Virus record (IMG/VR): IMGVR_UViG_3300032116_000607
Coordinates: 1 to 37,323 of that record
Source of the DNA: a virus
Lineage: Duplodnaviria; Caudoviricetes
Direction: 5' to 3' (one strand)
DNA length: 37,323 bases
The notes beneath the pieces were generated by a model. It was not told the origin of the DNA and searched no databases. It saw nothing but the letters and a program-made list of their open reading frames with translations. This document shows, in pieces, positions 33,793 to 37,323 of the stretch; position 1 is the stretch's first letter, and the number at the start of each line of letters is the position of its first letter. Both the position numbers and the translations under genes were made by a program.

Positions 33793-36659
33793 GCTAGACC
33801 TTTCCGAACTTTAGTGTCTTCGCCGCGCTTCGCTTTCTTGCGTGCTTTATGGGCCTTATCCATCAGGGAGTATAGTTTGGCAGTGCCGCGCTTATCGCTA
33901 CCACCGCCTATGCGTTTAACTGCTTCTGGTGTGAACAGTACTTCGTCGCGGGCGACACGTGCTTCCTGCTTGCCACCGATACGTGCGCGTATCGAGTCGC
34001 TTACTCCGTCACCGGGTCCTTGCAGTGGGCGTCCGCCCATGCGGGCCAGAAGCTCCATACCTGCATTACTGCTGCCATTACCGAGTTCCGATACGGTACG
34101 TGCGTCTACGACAAAAGAGCCGTTACGCATGTCTACTTCACCGCCACGGGCAAATTCACCGAAGTTATCATACGACTGCATGCCACTAGGTACGTCAGTA
34201 GGTGCCTGCCGGGACGCAGCAAGCTGGTCCTGCAGCTGCTGTAACTGGGCGTATACCCCACTTAGGTCGGTGGATGCAGGTGTAGGTATAGCATCGAAGC
34301 GCGAGTCAATCTGCCCCAACCGGTCGTAGACCCCACTCAGGTCCGTAGCTGCGGGTGAAGGCAGGCTATTGAAGCGTGAGTCGATTTGCCCAAGACGGTC
34401 GTAAACTCCGCTCAAGTCGGTAGCTGCAGGTGTGGGCAGGCTGTTGAAGCGCGAGTCGATTTGTCCAAGACGGTCGTAGACACCGCTTAGGTCCGTAGCT
34501 GCAGGTGCAGGCATGTTGCTCAGACGTGAGTCTAGGCTTCCCAACTGGTCGTAAACCCCACTAAGGTCAGTGGATGGGATACTTTCAAAACGTGAGTTTA
34601 TCTGCCCCAACTGGTCGTACACCCCACTCAAGTCAGTGGCTGGCATGTTGCTTAGACGTGAGTCCAAATTGCCCAGCTGTGAGTAAACACCGCTCAAGTC
34701 GGTGGACGGGATGCTGTCGAAGCGCGAATTTATCTGCCCCAGCTGGTTGTCGAGTTCAGAGTCTAGCTGCCCTATCTGCTCACCAAACCTATTTTCCAGC
34801 TGCCCAAACCGGTCGTAGACCCCACTCAAGTCAGTAGTGGGCAGCGTATTAAACCGTGAGTCTATCTGGTTAAACCGGTCATTTAGACCGGAGTCTATTT
34901 GGTTGAACTGGTCGGCAAAGTTAGTCTCAACCTGCCCAAGCCGGTTGTTTAGCCCCGAGTCCAGCTGGTTGAACTGGCTAGCAAAGTTGTTCTCAAGCTG
35001 CCCAAACCGGTTATTGAGGCCAGAGTCTATATTGTTAAACTGGTCAGCGAAGTTAGTCTCAACCTGCCCAAGCCGGTTGTTTAGCCCCGAGTCCAGCTGG
35101 TTGAACTGGCTAGCAAAGTTGTTCTCAAGCTGCCCAAACCGGTCGTTGATACCGGTAAGCGCCGGAGTTATAGAGTCCTGCATGATATTGAACCGGGAGT
35201 CGTACTGGTTAAACCGGTCGTCAATACCTGAGTCTATCTGCCCCAACTGCTCACCAAAGCGGCTTTCAAGCCGTCCAAACCGGTCATCAAGCGCACTGTA
35301 GTCAGGGTTAATTATGCTGTCTTCCATACGCCCAAACCGGTCGTATAGGCCGGTGAGGAAAGCTTCATCGTACCCCCCGAAACCACCAGTAGCGTTACCG
35401 CCACCACCGCCACCCGCTATTGGGTTAGGGTTAGGGATTAGATTTGTGGAAGGGCGGTTAAAGCTCATTATCTCCCCGGCCCCGGAAGGGGGAAGGCCAG
35501 CGTAATCAGGCCGCATCGACGCAGTTATAGCACCGGGACTATTTGCACTAAAATAGTTCACCATAGACTGAAAATCATTGGATGCTGGCAGTGATGCAAG
35601 ACCGCCCTCGGCAAACCCATACTGGGCCCGCTCTTCGGGGGTTAGCTCATTTACTGAACGAGGCGGTGGGTTAGATGGAGTAAAGTACTTATGCTCCGCG
35701 CCGCCAGAAGCCTGCATCTGCGCTGGAGATTGGAAAGACAGCTCACGCTTACCGGGCACATACGGGCCATTATAGTTGGACTTATATTCGTCCTCTTCGT
35801 TGTAAGTGGGCATCTTCGGCTGCATCGCGCCTGACACAGAGCTAAGCAATCCTGTACCAGCCAGCATAGGCGCAGCTTTAGTTATCATGCCGGGAGTGCC
35901 AGCAGGTAGCCCCTGAGTTACACTTTGCCCGAACTTGGAGAGCAAACCACCAGCAGCTGGAGCAGTGGTGCCAGCGGTAGTAGCAGCATTCGACGCTAGG
36001 CCAGCGATATTAGTACCCGACCCAATAGCACCATTAGTGACAGCTAAGGCTGGGCTGCTCACTGCGCCTGCGGCACTGGTAAGGGTAGGTGCAACAGTAC
36101 CGGCACCCATATTGGCCCCGAACATTCCGGCACTATCACCCAACAAGCCAGCGGCATTACCGCCAAGAATAGAGCCGCCAGCACCAACAGCGCCAGCAAG
36201 ACCAGCACCACCGAAGGCACCGAGGCCAGCCATAAGACCTTTGCTCAAGTCTCCAGTAAGTGCAGTCTGTCCTGCGGCTACCATACCAGCAGCGAGTGGG
36301 GCACCGACACCAGTAGCAGCAAGACCGAAGCCGATAAGTGTTGGAAGAAGTTTACCGAGCCAGCCAGCTTCGGGCAGACCAGTATGTGGGTTGATTGTAA
36401 GAGAGCCGCCATGCGCCATAGCTAGCTGCTGCAGCCCGTTGACTTCACCGGGGGTCATATGCACGAGCATCTTGTCGTCGCCACGACCGTAGCTCTGTAG
36501 CTGCTTAGCCATAGGGTTCTGAGTTACGGACAGACCACCAACCGCAGGCATACCGCCAGTAGTGCCGGGAACCATAGCACCAAGCTGGGGAGCAGACCCT
36601 GTTACTGAAGCATTCGACGCTGAGTTAATAATCGGTGGCATGGTGCGCGTGTCCGTCAT
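33789..36659 (-). CDS. Virion protein with large internal repeat region, 956 aa
   Basis: GRGDDKMLVH...INPHTGLPEA N-motif, Gly-rich hydrophobic segment, 11-residue repeats, 8x TDLSGVY and a GPGDGVSDSI C-domain. Confidence 0.8.
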   Translation of the reverse strand: MTDTRTMPPIINSASNASVTGSAPQLGAMVPGTTGGMPAVGGLSVTQNPMAKQLQSYGRGDDKMLVHMTPGEVNGLQQLAMAHGGSLTINPHTGLPEAGWLGKLLPTLIGFGLAATGVGAPLAAGMVAAGQTALTGDLSKGLMAGLGAFGGAGLAGAVGAGGSILGGNAAGLLGDSAGMFGANMGAGTVAPTLTSAAGAVSSPALAVTNGAIGSGTNIAGLASNAATTAGTTAPAAGGLLSKFGQSVTQGLPAGTPGMITKAAPMLAGTGLLSSVSGAMQPKMPTYNEEDEYKSNYNGPYVPGKRELSFQSPAQMQASGGAEHKYFTPSNPPPRSVNELTPEERAQYGFAEGGLASLPASNDFQSMVNYFSANSPGAITASMRPDYAGLPPSGAGEIMSFNRPSTNLIPNPNPIAGGGGGGNATGGFGGYDEAFLTGLYDRFGRMEDSIINPDYSALDDRFGRLESRFGEQLGQIDSGIDDRFNQYDSRFNIMQDSITPALTGINDRFGQLENNFASQFNQLDSGLNNRLGQVETNFADQFNNIDSGLNNRFGQLENNFASQFNQLDSGLNNRLGQVETNFADQFNQIDSGLNDRFNQIDSRFNTLPTTDLSGVYDRFGQLENRFGEQIGQLDSELDNQLGQINSRFDSIPSTDLSGVYSQLGNLDSRLSNMPATDLSGVYDQLGQINSRFESIPSTDLSGVYDQLGSLDSRLSNMPAPAATDLSGVYDRLGQIDSRFNSLPTPAATDLSGVYDRLGQIDSRFNSLPSPAATDLSGVYDRLGQIDSRFDAIPTPASTDLSGVYAQLQQLQDQLAASRQAPTDVPSGMQSYDNFGEFARGGEVDMRNGSFVVDARTVSELGNGSSNAGMELLARMGGRPLQGPGDGVSDSIRARIGGKQEARVARDEVLFTPEAVKRIGGGSDKRGTAKLYSLMDKAHKARKKAKRGEDTKVRKGLA
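34918..35143. repeat. Identical 94-bp intragenic duplication, 132-bp period
   Basis: 34918-35011 equals 35050-35143. Confidence 0.9.
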
Positions 36660-36667
36660 CTCGTATC

Positions 36668-37323
36668 CTATCTTGTGATTACGCTTATAGCGCCAATTTC
36701 ACCAAAACCAAAGACCGGAAGTGGTGCTACTCGTGTTACCGGCGGAAATTGTGCCGAAACATGCGTAATACCTATAATCGCAGATGGTGTAGCTGGGATT
36801 GCAGGGGTTACACCGGGGCTGGCAGCGACCGCAGGAAAGTGCTCAATCGACACGCCTGTATTCTCGACGCGCCACATAATTTCGATATAGCCATTGTCCG
36901 CAGGAATATCGACCACGATAGGTGTTACGGCAATAAGATGCGACGGGTCCCCCGCAGATTTACGCGACGGTATGGTAAACCGACTGTTAGAATTGGCGAT
37001 GTCAGTCCCGTTGTACCGCAGCCAAATGTCGATGTCCTGCTGGTCGTTGGTCGTGTTCTTGAACTGGATGCTATAGGACACATTATAGATGCCCTGCTGC
37101 GCAAAGGTTATGCGTGAACTACTGACGATGGAGATGCCGTTGGGAAACTCGTCACCGTTAAGAGTAAGTGCATAAGCAACGGCCACACTCGCAGCGGTCT
37201 GGTCTTGGTCGCTCGTTAGCTGGTTATATGATGTCGATACGTAACGGCCATCACCATAGAGGAAGTCGGCGTAAAGCCGGTTCGTCATGATTTGGTCTGA
37301 AATCTGAGCGCCGTTACGGTGGC
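36668..37323 (-). CDS. Beta-rich virion/tail protein, 5'-truncated by the window edge
   Basis: Frame stays open upstream of ATG 37288 to the window end (HRNGAQISDQI); GIYNVSYSIQF...DIWLRYNG beta-sandwich pattern. Confidence 0.7.
   Translation of the reverse strand, partial: HRNGAQISDQIMTNRLYADFLYGDGRYVSTSYNQLTSDQDQTAASVAVAYALTLNGDEFPNGISIVSSSRITFAQQGIYNVSYSIQFKNTTNDQQDIDIWLRYNGTDIANSNSRFTIPSRKSAGDPSHLIAVTPIVVDIPADNGYIEIMWRVENTGVSIEHFPAVAASPGVTPAIPATPSAIIGITHVSAQFPPVTRVAPLPVFGFGEIGAISVITR

Larger units (their letters stand above)
1..37323. mobile_element. Tailed dsDNA bacteriophage genome fragment (podovirus-like, two convergent arms)
   Basis: PolA, SNF2 helicase, primase-helicase and nucleases lie on +. 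Large ejection/virion proteins with a lytic transglycosylase lie on -. Genes are densely packed with ATGA/TAATG overlaps, and there are no host housekeeping genes. Confidence 0.96.

Noticed and set aside
34918-35143. Diversity-generating retroelement TR/VR pair
   Set aside because: Copies are identical, tandem and in frame within one gene; no adenine-specific differences and no reverse transcriptase
23069-37117. Numerous + strand ORFs opposite the virion genes (for example 26608-27576 and 33694-34329)
   Set aside because: Antisense shadows of long - strand CDSs; Ser/Ala-rich with no RBS or motifs

Overview
The whole window is a partial genome of a tailed dsDNA phage with podovirus-like architecture. 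No integrase, capsid, portal or terminase gene is present. The + strand arm (1-22.7 kb) holds a G-tract-rich left end, a stand-alone first gene, a repeat-rich non-coding segment (1.3-2.0 kb), small early ORFs and a MoxR-type AAA+/metallopeptidase-VWA/DUF3150-like module. It continues into a replication block: VRR-NUC nuclease, Leu762-type PolA, GT-A glycosyltransferase, PD-(D/E)XK nuclease, SNF2 helicase, putative SSB, HTH protein and primase-helicase. The - strand arm (22.8-37.3 kb) encodes virion/DNA-ejection proteins: a 2315-aa polyvalent protein, a lytic transglycosylase, two proteins with 11-residue repeats, a GNAT-like protein and a truncated tail-type gene. The most striking observation is regulatory. 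Twelve + strand genes share the exact ribosome-binding octamer AAGGAGCA, which the late genes lack. A roughly 68-nt two-hairpin element at the arm junction (22731-22798) carries its exact complement, with extended pairing to several leaders. This suggests a phage anti-Shine-Dalgarno sRNA that shuts off early/middle translation. A 16-bp operator-like palindrome, a duplicated promoter box, an origin-like repeat cluster, a recurring [FYM]AxGG motif in virion proteins and apparent GATC avoidance are also visible. Family names come from motif recognition by eye; no database search was run.
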